Shown piece after piece: positions 18,593 through 28,278 of a stretch of DNA of 64,000 nucleotides. Both the position numbers and the translations under genes were made by a program. How positions within the stretch are numbered: position 1 is the stretch's first letter; each line of letters begins with the position of its first letter. Below the pieces are notes generated by a model. That model was not told the origin of the DNA. It saw only the letters and a program-made list of their open reading frames with translations, and did not search any database. This stretch comes from Candidatus Levyibacteriota bacterium (lineage in GTDB: Bacteria > Patescibacteriota > Microgenomatia > Levybacterales > UBA12049), in NCBI GenBank assembly GCA_052034235.1, contig JBPOIT010000005.1, positions 177,698 to 241,697 on the forward strand. Direction: 5' to 3'.

Positions 18593-18612
18593 GATCAATT
18601 TATTTATTGATC
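18593..18612. promoter_or_regulatory. operator-like palindrome GATCAAT-N6-ATTGATC in the pilin-1 5' UTR
   Basis: Has perfect 7-bp inverted arms containing two GATC sites. It lies between the putative -10 box (about 18621..18626) and the ATG at 18582. A -35 TTGACA is at 18648..18643. Confidence 0.45.
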
Positions 18613-18759
18613 TGTATTAATATTTACAAACTGTAGAGTTATTGTCAATACACCAATTTTCGAAAAAAAGTCGAAAGATAATCAAGCGAATCGTGCCTAA
18701 GTATTCGATAATTGACAAAGACAAATATGTTTCTCATACTAAACAGTAAGAATTAGCTT

Positions 18760-19245
18760 ATGTCTTTCTTTGATATTTTAGATAATCTTGAGGATTTCAC
18801 TATTCCAAGTGTCGTAGTCTTTTTATTATTAATTACACTCCCCCCTGCTGCGTTTTATGGAGGGATCTATTATGATCGTAAGACCTATGTTCCTCCACCG
18901 ACACCTACACCCACGCCACGAAATATTGTTGATGCTGCTCCTGGACCATATCACGGTACATGTAAAAAATATAATTTGATTACAAATCCAAAAATTGCTC
19001 CTCCATCAAACTTCCCTGGTTATAATGAAAGTAATCTTGTAGCTATAAATGGTGAGATAACTACAATAGTTAAAAACGGATGGCTTATAGATGCCGGCAC
19101 CGCAAGGAAATATTTTATTTTAGATAGTACTGTTATTCTAGATAAATATTCTATAAATAATTATGCTGTTGGAGATTGCGTCACCCTCTATTATGGTTTG
19201 ACAAAGAAAGGTAGTGAGAGAACATTTAGTGTAACAACTCAATAA
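18760..19245 (+). CDS. hypothetical membrane-anchored protein with a PT-repeat linker
   Basis: 161 aa. Has an N-terminal TM segment, a PPPTPTPTP linker and a Cys-containing C-domain. Sits between the duplicated pilin genes. Confidence 0.3.
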   Translation: MSFFDILDNLEDFTIPSVVVFLLLITLPPAAFYGGIYYDRKTYVPPPTPTPTPRNIVDAAPGPYHGTCKKYNLITNPKIAPPSNFPGYNESNLVAINGEITTIVKNGWLIDAGTARKYFILDSTVILDKYSINNYAVGDCVTLYYGLTKKGSERTFSVTTQ

Positions 19246-19275
19246 TTGCTAAGTGATAAAAATTTGAAAAAATTA

Positions 19276-19563
19276 TTATTTTTTCTTTTTTTTGGAGACT
19301 TTTGCTTTTGTGGATTTGGATACAGCTTTTGTTTTTGCAGTTGCTTTATGTGTTGTTTGGCTGCTTAGGTAGAGAAGGCCTATTAGGAAACCGCTTACGG
19401 CAATTGTGAATACGACATAATTTCTTAGTGCTTCAAGATCGTTGAAGAAGTAGTTTTGATTGGTCATGAATTTCCAGAAGAGTACAAATGCAATTCCTAA
19501 AACGAGTAAGGCAACGACTGCTTTTGCTGTACTAAGAGGCTCATGATGCTTGGTGTATTTCAT
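19276..19563 (-). CDS. small membrane protein with a Lys-rich tail
   Basis: 95 aa with two TM segments. The C-terminus is AKTKAVSKSTKAKVSKKKKK. Confidence 0.3.
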   Translation of the reverse strand: MKYTKHHEPLSTAKAVVALLVLGIAFVLFWKFMTNQNYFFNDLEALRNYVVFTIAVSGFLIGLLYLSSQTTHKATAKTKAVSKSTKAKVSKKKKK

Positions 19564-19585
19564 TGTAGATTAAGAATAATTAAAT

Positions 19586-20053
19586 TTAGCGAGTGACTGA
19601 GATAGTTTCACCAAGTTCTGCTGCTGGGGCTGTGATTGTCACTCTACTATCACCCGCTCCGACTGCTACTGTGTATCCGGTTACATATCCTGCTGGGCAT
19701 GTCGATGCGATTGCAACGCCACCGCCGGTCAATGGATCTACTGGAAGTTGCGCGATATATTGGGTGACAAGTGCCCCACAAATATCCTGTGCTGCATCTG
19801 AGATCGTTCCAGACGCTCCTGCAGCTGGCATTCCTGCTGGAAGAGCTCCATTGTTATCTGCTTGATATTGGCCGATTGCATTAAGGATAGCATTTACATC
19901 AGATGATCTCTTTGTGTTATTTGCTTGTGAGAATTGTCTTGCTGGATTGATAGCGATAAGGGTGATTGATAGAAGGACTGCTAAAATACCGATAACGACG
20001 AGGAGTTCGATGAGTGTGAAACCTTTTTGGGATTTAAAATTTTGGACAGTCAT
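19586..20053 (-). CDS. pilA: type IV major pilin, copy 2
   Basis: 155 aa. Has the same prepilin leader as copy 1. It differs from copy 1 at about 5 residues (I13V, G90A, A93T, N117G, I143V). Confidence 0.85.
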   Translation of the reverse strand: MTVQNFKSQKGFTLIELLVVIGILAVLLSITLIAINPARQFSQANNTKRSSDVNAILNAIGQYQADNNGALPAGMPAAGASGTISDAAQDICGALVTQYIAQLPVDPLTGGGVAIASTCPAGYVTGYTVAVGAGDSRVTITAPAAELGETISVTR

Positions 20054-20063
20054 GTTTTTTGTT

Positions 20064-20083
20064 GATCAATTTATTTATTGATC
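20064..20083. promoter_or_regulatory. operator-like palindrome GATCAAT-N6-ATTGATC in the pilin-2 5' UTR
   Basis: This is an identical copy of the 18593..18612 palindrome at the same distance from the ATG at 20053. A TTGACA -35 lies about 20114..20119 on the minus strand. Confidence 0.45.
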
Positions 20084-20155
20084 TGTATTAATATTTACAA
20101 ACTGTAGAGTTATTGTCAATATACTAGTTTTCGAAAAAAAAACGAAAACTTGTGC

Positions 20156-21292
20156 TTAGTTAGCGAGAACAATTGTTATATCGTATTCCCCATCTTGTCT
20201 TTCTTGTACAGTAATGTTGGTTTTTACTTTTCTAATTTCATCAAGAACTGCATTTCTCACTTCTTGTGTCACGTTGCCGGAAAATGAAACAACCGTGCTT
20301 GTCGGAGTCGCGCTGCTTTGTGTTGAAAGTGTTAGTGTTTTAAAAGCAAATTTGCCGAGACCTTCCCTAAGGGTTTGTGCTGCTGTGTCTGAAGTTGATG
20401 CATTGGTGATCTGAACTGCAAGTGTTGGAGCTTTAACGATTGCTGCAGTTGGAGCAATCGTCGGGATAGGTGCAGCAATTGTATTGGCTGTTGCTGCTGG
20501 TTGTGTTGAAGAGGTTTTTTTCGGTGGCGGCTGATTCAGGCTTTGGAGATAAACTACTACCAGGATAATCAATAAGAAAGCCAAAAAGCCTACCATGATA
20601 TAGAGACGTTTTTTATCAGGCTTTTTATTCTTTTCATCAAAATCTTCAATCTCCATCTCAACACTTGTTTCAGTTCCCTTTCGTGGTTCCGGTTTATAAA
20701 TTTCCGCACGCAGTAAATCAAACTCTTTCAGCGTATTTACCTTTGCAAAAAATGTACTCACCAGCGTATTATCCAAAACCGGTTTAGCACTGAGATTACC
20801 TCCGAGAATAAAGCCTGGATAGACAGCGTCCACTGCAAAACCTATTTTGGTGAAAGAACTTTTAATCGCTTCAAAAAAGTCCTTATTCACAGCACAAACT
20901 CGAATACCATTTTTAAGAGGAATTGATTTACTAACGACATTTTCATAAGGAACGTGCTCAACAAAATCCATTGAAAGGACATGTATTGTTTCCATTGTCA
21001 TTTGAGGTGGTGGTGCAACCGGTTGGCCTTTTTGCGGTGGCGGAGGGGCTGGCAAAACAAAATCTTTTACAAAATACGCATTGTCCGCAAGAATAATTGT
21101 AAAGCTGCTTGGTGGAAGTTTGGTATTGGTAACAAACACTTTAATCAAATTTTCCAGCATCTCCGGATTGATGACATCAGAATCTCTCACGATTTCCGGC
21201 ACAAATCTGAATTCAATAATTTGCCGCAAAAGCGGTGAATACAGCTGAAACTTGTCTTTTTGTAAATAAATAATTCCTGGTTTGCCTGTCAT
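20156..21292 (-). CDS. bitopic pilus-assembly protein (possible PilM/PilN-like fusion)
   Basis: 378 aa. Has a ~230-aa cytoplasmic N-domain, one TM segment (LYIMVGFLAFLLIILVVVYL) and a Thr/Ala-rich periplasmic tail ending in a small alpha/beta region. Its position in the T4P locus supports the call. Confidence 0.3.
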   Translation of the reverse strand: MTGKPGIIYLQKDKFQLYSPLLRQIIEFRFVPEIVRDSDVINPEMLENLIKVFVTNTKLPPSSFTIILADNAYFVKDFVLPAPPPPQKGQPVAPPPQMTMETIHVLSMDFVEHVPYENVVSKSIPLKNGIRVCAVNKDFFEAIKSSFTKIGFAVDAVYPGFILGGNLSAKPVLDNTLVSTFFAKVNTLKEFDLLRAEIYKPEPRKGTETSVEMEIEDFDEKNKKPDKKRLYIMVGFLAFLLIILVVVYLQSLNQPPPKKTSSTQPAATANTIAAPIPTIAPTAAIVKAPTLAVQITNASTSDTAAQTLREGLGKFAFKTLTLSTQSSATPTSTVVSFSGNVTQEVRNAVLDEIRKVKTNITVQERQDGEYDITIVLAN

Positions 21293-21293
21293 A

Positions 21294-21710
21294 TCAATAT
21301 ACTTCCCTTTGTGATTGCACCTGCAATAAATTGTTTACATATGTTGCTTGTATCTCAACCTTACGAATATATTGCCCGACTGACCCAGTCGATCTAATCG
21401 TAAACGGTGTTCCCGGTTGACCTGTTCCTGTAACGACGATATCTGCACTGCCGCTCCCAATTGGTAGATCTGTCTCCCCTGTATACGTTGGATTGCGTAA
21501 AAGGCGCAGCATCCCATTTTCAGCGCCGCTTTGGGCTACTTGATACGCAGCTTCTCCTTCCTGAAGTCGCATGCCACTTGTTGAATTAACAAGCATCATC
21601 ACAACAGCTGCCGACGTAACTGTGAGACCGATCACTGAAAAAAACAAAAGCGTCACAAGCGCCTGACCGCGCTCTGAAAAAACAGATTTTATAAAATACT
21701 TATATTTCAT
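21294..21710 (-). CDS. PilX-like minor pilin (PilX_N-type N-terminus)
   Basis: 138 aa. Has SERGQALVTLLFFSVIGLTVTSAAVVMML, a PilX-type hydrophobic N-terminus lacking the canonical E+5. Confidence 0.45.
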   Translation of the reverse strand: MKYKYFIKSVFSERGQALVTLLFFSVIGLTVTSAAVVMMLVNSTSGMRLQEGEAAYQVAQSGAENGMLRLLRNPTYTGETDLPIGSGSADIVVTGTGQPGTPFTIRSTGSVGQYIRKVEIQATYVNNLLQVQSQREVY

Positions 21711-21716
21711 ACGCCG

Positions 21717-22235
21717 TTATAATCGGTAATCTCTGGACAATGTCGTTTGAAAATCTCTCGATTCTGGACCTGACGGACGCTGCGTTCGGCTAGTAACCGT
21801 AAAGTTAAACCGAACTGTATCGCTGCCACTTCCATTTCCAATCCGCTGAAAACTCACATTTGAAACCTGAGAATCAAAACCGTTAAGCGTATTGCTCCCG
21901 TAATTATTTACAACCTGCAGATTGCCGCCTGCATTGACGCTATAAGTATATCCTACCCCATTTATAGTCATTTGCAAAGTAGATGAGGTTTCGCCCGGAT
22001 CACTCGGCTCAACGATATTGGTTGCCGATTTCGTGTCATAAAGGAGCTTGGACAAAATATACCTCCCATCCTGATCAACACTAGAAGCAGCCTCTGATTC
22101 CAGCTGCACATCCACAATGGTCGCAAATATCATCCCCAAAACCCCCACCAAAATAGACATCATCCCCATATACAAAACCAACTCAATAAGCGTAAACCCT
22201 TTAGAAGTAAATCTTTTAACTCGTCGAAATCTCAT
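21717..22235 (-). CDS. minor pilin/pseudopilin (PilW/GspJ-like)
   Basis: 172 aa. Has the prepilin motif KG|FTLIELVLYMGMMSIL with E+5. Confidence 0.7.
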   Translation of the reverse strand: MRFRRVKRFTSKGFTLIELVLYMGMMSILVGVLGMIFATIVDVQLESEAASSVDQDGRYILSKLLYDTKSATNIVEPSDPGETSSTLQMTINGVGYTYSVNAGGNLQVVNNYGSNTLNGFDSQVSNVSFQRIGNGSGSDTVRFNFTVTSRTQRPSGPESRDFQTTLSRDYRL

Positions 22236-22498
22236 ATCTTTATTGAGCGTATCGGTTTACGCCCTAACTTTCAAGAGGCTAGTTAACTAACGTAATAATT
22301 AATCTAGAATTATGATCCGCCAGATTGTGGAGTTGGTGTTGGCTCGTTTCCACCACCGTCATTTTGCAAAGGTTGAATAATCGATTTGGCAAAATTAAAT
22401 AAAATTTGATAAGCATCTTTGGAATATTTTGTCCAAATAAGGGTTTATAATGCAGAGCTTAAGAGTTTTCATTTTATACTATAAATATAGCTTTTCTC

Positions 22499-24994
22499 TC
22501 ATTGTGAATAATTCCAGCTTATATCATAAAGATATGGAGAAATCATTTGATTTGTTGTTTCCATAAAGACTTTGTAGCGAAAACACCTGCCTGGATTTTG
22601 ATAGTTACCTACATTTAGTAGTGGAATAACGCTAGTATATTCGACATTTCCTGTGCTAACTGTGGAAAATGTATCTGTTGGGGCAGTAGTTCCTCCAGGT
22701 CCAACATAATCGTAGGTAGAATTGTTACAGCTTCCAGAGATAGCTGGAGCAATGGCTAATTGAAATTTGACACTTGTGCTTACCGGCTGATAAATATTGG
22801 ATAGTAATCTGTTAAATGCTCTAAGAGCAGTGCTTCCATCTACTGATGCGGTATCGAAGATTGGGGATTCGTAGGAACCGCTTGGGACGTATATTGCATC
22901 GTCTGGACCTCCTTCAATAATTTTTAATTCATTTAGTGTTGTATTAGCGATCATATAGATATACGTTTCATAATCTTTTTCTGAGACGTAGGTTAAATCA
23001 TTGAAGCCTGAGTCATAGTTAACGCCTGAACAATATGTGGGCGTTGCTTCTGTGTCCATATTAAGTACTTGGTATTCTTCTGCATCGTTTCCATTAGAGA
23101 CTGCATCACTGCCCACAAGCACTGCCCGCTCGCCATTCAGAACTGTCATTGATCTTCGGGGATACATCTCGACATCAGCGGCAGGCGCTGGAGATGCGCT
23201 CTCATAATAGCCACTGGACGGAGTACCAGATCCAGAAAGGAATGAAGGAGAAGTTTTTGAAGTAGTATTTAAGACATAAAACTGCTTACTATCAGCCTGA
23301 CCATTACCATTGCCATCAATACCTCCGTTTGATGATATATATGCTCGACTACCATCCGACTTCGCAAACACAGAATTTGCTGCTTCCTCCGTTCCACTTT
23401 GGTTATTGAAATCAAGTGTTCCACTTCTTCTCCAACTTGAATTACTGCTCGATGTTGTACCACAACTGTTGCCAGTCAGTGAGGTTCCACTAGTCGGTGC
23501 CGTTGTTGCGTTCACTATTTCAAATTCAGGATTGGTAACACCACCAACGGCAACATACACATAGGTACTACCCCCAACTGAAACGGGGAAAATGTCATTT
23601 GTAGCTTTCAATTCAATATTTCCGCCGTCAGAGCAGTCATTATGAATAGGTGTTGTATCATCTCCCCAAGAGGTGCCAGATTGTCCAGGGTCGTATTTCT
23701 CAGCAGTTGCTGTTGTACCAGGATTACATTCGTAGCCGTCGAGTTGGATTCTACATCCTAGCATTGGGAGACTTGTTGTTGTGGTGGCAGTATCAATATT
23801 GGCAAGGTTGAAGACATAGAGATAGCCACCGGATGCAACATAGCCTCTTGTTCCAAGTGCGGCAATTGTCGATGCACCGTAACCATATGGTGATTGATCG
23901 TTGGTCGCCACACTTGAATACCGTTTGGTATTAAAAAAGGTTTTAAATTTATAAATTTTGTTTACTGGATCTTGGAATTCGTTATCTGTAGCATTATTGC
24001 CGTCATTTACGAGAATTGCAATTACCTCCATACCTGTCAGATTGGTGCCGAGTAGTGCATAGGTATTGCCGCCAGATGAACGGTAATACACCACATCTGT
24101 CGTCTTAAAATTATTATCAAACCCGGAGATCGTCTGTGGAGAATAACCACTGGCAAATTGTCCTGCATCCATCGTGAATTTACCACGCAGCGTAGCAGTA
24201 GGTGTTGCAACGTCTGCAGGGACATTTACATGGGCAAGTTTGATAACACTTGATGTGGAAGGAGCTGTAGCGACAAAAACATCATTGGGAATAGTATTGG
24301 AAACAGCGCTAGCTGTTGCAGAAACAGCAACTGGCGGCCCATCAGGAAGATCAATTGTTGAACTATTAAAAGAAGGGGAACACCACTTAGCTTTATTATT
24401 GTTTGAGAGACGGATAGCCCCGTCATTGCCTATGCCTGAAATCGAAACCAGATTTGTATATTGTCCTAAATCAAATTCAGTTTTTGCTGAATCAGAAGCT
24501 GAATTATTTTGTATTCTCGTTAAATAGAGACTTGAGTAGATTGATGACGTTTTTGGTTGTGACCATGAAACAGTTATATCTGCTTTTTTGGTTGATAAAT
24601 CAAGGATACTCCCCGGAGCTCCTTGGGCGATGATAGCTCCAACTGACGTGCGGTACACATCGCTAATAACCACTTTACTCGTAATCCCGCCAGATGTGCT
24701 CGCACCTGTGCTGAGTGCCCAACTTGATCCTGAAATCACAGGATGAAATGTGCCATTGACTGCAAACGAAGACCAGCCTGTATCTCTGATACTTTTGACT
24801 GCTGCTTCTGTTTCCTTCATCACTTGAATTGCCCGCACTCGCTGTTCCTGCTGAGGTTTGCCTTCACGTGATGCAACAAGGCCTGTTAGAAGAGCCGGCA
24901 AAATAATAGCGGCGAGTCCAATCGCGAGAACAAGCTCAACGAGCATTTGGCCTTTCAGTTTTATGATTTTAATTCGCACTGGTAATAACTCCAT
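22499..24994 (-). CDS. large pilin-like protein (831 aa), putative pilus-associated adhesin or minor pilin
   Basis: The N-terminus is KG|QMLVELVLAIGLAAIILPAL (E+5, unusual Gln at +1). It is followed by an ~800-aa Ser/Thr/Gly/Asn-rich domain with predicted beta-rich character. Confidence 0.55.
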   Translation of the reverse strand: MELLPVRIKIIKLKGQMLVELVLAIGLAAIILPALLTGLVASREGKPQQEQRVRAIQVMKETEAAVKSIRDTGWSSFAVNGTFHPVISGSSWALSTGASTSGGITSKVVISDVYRTSVGAIIAQGAPGSILDLSTKKADITVSWSQPKTSSIYSSLYLTRIQNNSASDSAKTEFDLGQYTNLVSISGIGNDGAIRLSNNNKAKWCSPSFNSSTIDLPDGPPVAVSATASAVSNTIPNDVFVATAPSTSSVIKLAHVNVPADVATPTATLRGKFTMDAGQFASGYSPQTISGFDNNFKTTDVVYYRSSGGNTYALLGTNLTGMEVIAILVNDGNNATDNEFQDPVNKIYKFKTFFNTKRYSSVATNDQSPYGYGASTIAALGTRGYVASGGYLYVFNLANIDTATTTTSLPMLGCRIQLDGYECNPGTTATAEKYDPGQSGTSWGDDTTPIHNDCSDGGNIELKATNDIFPVSVGGSTYVYVAVGGVTNPEFEIVNATTAPTSGTSLTGNSCGTTSSSNSSWRRSGTLDFNNQSGTEEAANSVFAKSDGSRAYISSNGGIDGNGNGQADSKQFYVLNTTSKTSPSFLSGSGTPSSGYYESASPAPAADVEMYPRRSMTVLNGERAVLVGSDAVSNGNDAEEYQVLNMDTEATPTYCSGVNYDSGFNDLTYVSEKDYETYIYMIANTTLNELKIIEGGPDDAIYVPSGSYESPIFDTASVDGSTALRAFNRLLSNIYQPVSTSVKFQLAIAPAISGSCNNSTYDYVGPGGTTAPTDTFSTVSTGNVEYTSVIPLLNVGNYQNPGRCFRYKVFMETTNQMISPYLYDISWNYSQ

Positions 24995-25451
24995 ATCTAT
25001 TTAAACGTATCACTTTTTGATTCCCATCTATCGTGTCAGTAAGCGTAATCACAGCTGAACTACTTGCATAACCTGGAATTTCACCACTCCCTTTTAAGAA
25101 TACCAAATCCGCACCTGCAGATGCGAATGTGACTGTTAAGGTACTGGGAAGTGTAATTGTAAAATTGGCTGTGCCATAGCTATTTCGAAAAAGCGTGTAG
25201 TTTGTCGTACTGAAGCGAATGCCATAATTTGCTGAATCCCCACTGCCTTGCGTGTCTCCGACCATTGCTTTTACTTGCTGTTCTTTGAGATCCGTAACAA
25301 GTGTATTAACTGCTGCATTGATTTGGGAATTCTGTTGAAAATTTCCGAGGCTTACGGTTGCAAGCGCGGTCATCACTGCAAAGATCGACATTACGAGAAG
25401 TAATTCAACCATTGTGAAACCTGATTGTAGTCTTTTCGGTACTTCATTCAT
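24969..25451 (-). CDS. minor pilin/pseudopilin (GspH/FimT-like)
   Basis: 160 aa. Has the prepilin motif SG|FTMVELLLVMSIFAVM with E+5. Confidence 0.7.
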   Translation of the reverse strand: MNEVPKRLQSGFTMVELLLVMSIFAVMTALATVSLGNFQQNSQINAAVNTLVTDLKEQQVKAMVGDTQGSGDSANYGIRFSTTNYTLFRNSYGTANFTITLPSTLTVTFASAGADLVFLKGSGEIPGYASSSAVITLTDTIDGNQKVIRLNRYGVITSAN

Positions 25452-25460
25452 TTGTCATGT

Positions 25461-26513
25461 CTACCTGGTTCCCACAGAGCCGATAAGTTGATAAATCGGC
25501 GCAATAATAGCCATCATCATTCCTCCTACCAATACTCCCACCCCGACAAGCATAATCGGTTCAATAAGCGCGGTTACTGTCTTTAAGGTACTTGAAACTT
25601 GGTAATCAAGATACTCAGAGACATCAAGCATCGCTCTATCAAGAGAACCTGAGCGCTCGCCTGCCTCGATGATTTTGATCATAATCGGCGGCACAACTTT
25701 TTTATTGTCTTTCAACCCTTCAGACAATTTTTTTCCGGAAAACACAACATTTTTTGTATGAACAATTGCGTTACGAATATTTTTTTTCATAACCACATCT
25801 TGTGTCAATTCCAATGCAACAGTGATTGGCAAACCTGCAGTGAGGAGTAAATACAAACTCCTTGTAAATCTAGTCAAATCAATCTGCTGCGCAAGGAGTG
25901 ATATCAGCGGAAGAGAAGTCAACGCATGTACGAGCACCATTTTATTTTGTTTATAAACGTAGACAATGCCAGCAACAATCGCTGCTGTGACAGCAATAAT
26001 CGGTATTGTATAATTCATAATCGCATCAGACATAAAAATCATGATTTGTGTCGGAAGCGGCAAATCAACTCCTAAACGAACAAAAACAGTTGAAATCTTC
26101 GGGACAACAACAACCAGAATGACGAGCAGCACAAGGACAAAGACTATCATGATAAATATTGGATAAATCAGTGCTGATTTGATCTTGTCATTAAACTCAA
26201 TATCTTTTCTTATGGTGTTTTTCAAATCAGCAAGTGCCGTATCAAGCGTACCCGACTCTTCGGCAGCTTTGACGATACTTACTGTCACTTTGTCAAAAAT
26301 CTTTGGGAATTTCTCAAAGGTTATATACATGTGCTGTCCTTGCCCGAGATCAGCTTTCATTTGCTCAAGCAGTTTTTTTTGAGCTCCCTTTGAATCTTCA
26401 AGAAGCGACTGGACAGTTTCAAGAATTGGAATGCCTGATGAAAGCATCGTGTGCAGATTACTGACGAGCGCAATTTTATCATTGCTTGAAAGCTGAGTAT
26501 TGAAGGTTTTCAT
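25461..26513 (-). CDS. pilC: type IV pilus platform protein PilC (GspF family)
   Basis: 350 aa. Has two T2SS-F repeats, three TM segments and conserved GxPxLEsL-like segments. Confidence 0.85.
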   Translation of the reverse strand: MKTFNTQLSSNDKIALVSNLHTMLSSGIPILETVQSLLEDSKGAQKKLLEQMKADLGQGQHMYITFEKFPKIFDKVTVSIVKAAEESGTLDTALADLKNTIRKDIEFNDKIKSALIYPIFIMIVFVLVLLVILVVVVPKISTVFVRLGVDLPLPTQIMIFMSDAIMNYTIPIIAVTAAIVAGIVYVYKQNKMVLVHALTSLPLISLLAQQIDLTRFTRSLYLLLTAGLPITVALELTQDVVMKKNIRNAIVHTKNVVFSGKKLSEGLKDNKKVVPPIMIKIIEAGERSGSLDRAMLDVSEYLDYQVSSTLKTVTALIEPIMLVGVGVLVGGMMMAIIAPIYQLIGSVGTR

Positions 26514-26516
26514 CTT

Positions 26517-28202
26517 TTATAGAGCTTCGACTTTTGTAACACGTAATACTTCTTCAATCGTCGTGTCCCCTTTGATGACTTTCACTAGACCGTCATCAAG
26601 CATCGTTGTCATCCCGTCTGCAACAGCCTGCTTAAGAAGCACATCTGAATCATTATGCTCTGTGATGAGCTTTTTAATGTTGTTATCAACCTCAAGCACT
26701 TCAAAAATACCCAAACGTCCTGAATAGCCGGTGAAATGACAAACTTCGCATCCTTTGCCTTTATATATACGCACATCGCGTTTGGTTCCGAAATGCTTTT
26801 TTATCATTTCTGCAGGCAAATTTTGAAGCAGTTGATCGGTTGTAACATCCATTGATGATTTACACATCTCACAAATTTTTCGAACCAAACGCTGAGCGAC
26901 AATACAGTTCACGGTTGAAGCCACAAGAAATGGTTCAACCTTCATATCAGTCAAACGAGGCAGCGCACCTGCTGCATCATTTGTGTGGAGTGTTGAGAGA
27001 ACCAAATGCCCTGTTAAAGCTGCGTTAACCGCAATGCCTGCAGTTTCTGAATCACGGATTTCTCCAACCAGAATAACGTTTGGATCCTGGCGAAGGATAG
27101 AACGCAAACCGGACGCAAAAGTGAGTTCTGCTTTTGCATTGGTTTGGATCTGGTTAATGCCTTTCAAACGATATTCGACTGGATCTTCGATTGTCGTAAT
27201 ATTTTTTTCCCTCGTATTGATGATTTTTAAAATAGAATAAATAGATGTCGATTTACCTGAACCAGTCGGACCTGTTGAAAGAATCATACCAAATGACTTT
27301 TTAAACGAGTTCGTCACTTTGTCCAAATCAGCCTGTGTCATACCCAAATCCGCGAGTGAGAACTGACGGAAATGCGAAGCAAGTAAACGCATAACGATTT
27401 TTTCACCGTAAATGACCGGCAAAATAGAAACACGAATATCAAGATCTTCTTCATCAAGTGCGATTCTGAGTTTGCCGTCTTGAGGAGCCTGATGTTCATC
27501 AGTTCTAAGTGAAGACAAAACTTTTATGCGGGTTGAGATTTGCTCATGAAGTTTTTTGGGCAGATACAAAACATCGTGCAAAATACCATCAACACGAAAA
27601 CGCACCAGCGTATCTTTTTCCTCAGGTTCGATATGAATATCTGATGCTCTATCCTGATAGCCATACTGAATGATAAGCTCAACTATTTTTGCAATTGGAA
27701 TCTCAATAGAGGTTGATTTCGCTGCTGTATGAACTTGTTCTGAAACAAGAACGTCAAACGTTTTCTGAAGGTCTTTACGGTATAACCATAGTTTATTGTA
27801 GATATCTCGTTCTGTTGCAAGGTACGGAAAAACCTTTTGACCGGTTTTTCGCGCAATCATTTCCTGGATAAGTTTATTGGCTGGATCAGCCATTGCTACT
27901 TTAATGCCTTCCTTATCACGGGCAAACGGAATAGCTTTATATTTACGGGCTAAACGTTCAGGTATAATTCGAAAAGCTTCCTCAGGAATTGAAATCTTCC
28001 CAAGTACAATAAAAGGAATTTTTACCGCATCAGCAATAAGAATACCGAGGTTTTCATCAGTGACAACGTCTTTTTCAATAAGAGCGTCAGTAAGCGGGAT
28101 GTCACTGTTTTTTGCATACAGCACTACTTCGTCAAGCTTTTTTTGATCCAGAATCTTAACATTAAGTATGAGCTGTTTAAGCTGATCGTCAGTTAACAAC
28201 AT
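26517..28202 (-). CDS. pilB: type IV pilus assembly ATPase PilB (GspE family)
   Basis: 561 aa. Has an N-terminal T2SSE_N domain, Walker A GPTGSGKST, Asp and His boxes, and a tetracysteine cluster (CEMC…CEVC). Confidence 0.9.
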   Translation of the reverse strand: MLLTDDQLKQLILNVKILDQKKLDEVVLYAKNSDIPLTDALIEKDVVTDENLGILIADAVKIPFIVLGKISIPEEAFRIIPERLARKYKAIPFARDKEGIKVAMADPANKLIQEMIARKTGQKVFPYLATERDIYNKLWLYRKDLQKTFDVLVSEQVHTAAKSTSIEIPIAKIVELIIQYGYQDRASDIHIEPEEKDTLVRFRVDGILHDVLYLPKKLHEQISTRIKVLSSLRTDEHQAPQDGKLRIALDEEDLDIRVSILPVIYGEKIVMRLLASHFRQFSLADLGMTQADLDKVTNSFKKSFGMILSTGPTGSGKSTSIYSILKIINTREKNITTIEDPVEYRLKGINQIQTNAKAELTFASGLRSILRQDPNVILVGEIRDSETAGIAVNAALTGHLVLSTLHTNDAAGALPRLTDMKVEPFLVASTVNCIVAQRLVRKICEMCKSSMDVTTDQLLQNLPAEMIKKHFGTKRDVRIYKGKGCEVCHFTGYSGRLGIFEVLEVDNNIKKLITEHNDSDVLLKQAVADGMTTMLDDGLVKVIKGDTTIEEVLRVTKVEAL

Positions 28203-28278
28203 AGGCAGAATAAGACAACACTTTTGCGTGGTCTCCTTTCATTTTCCATTGTTCAGGGGGAAAATTCAATCGGCAAAT

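Larger units (their letters stand above)
18115..18682. repeat. ~567-bp direct repeat (pilin gene plus promoter), copy A; copy B is 19586..20152
   Basis: The two copies align at about 96% identity from the stop codon through the ORF, 5' UTR, palindrome and -35 box, and diverge about 100 bp upstream of the ATG. Confidence 0.8.

Noticed and set aside
22499-24994. Calling the 831-aa protein PilY1 or a specific adhesin family
   Set aside because: Only the N-terminal prepilin-like segment is recognisable. No PilY1 beta-propeller or von Willebrand A motifs could be identified by eye.
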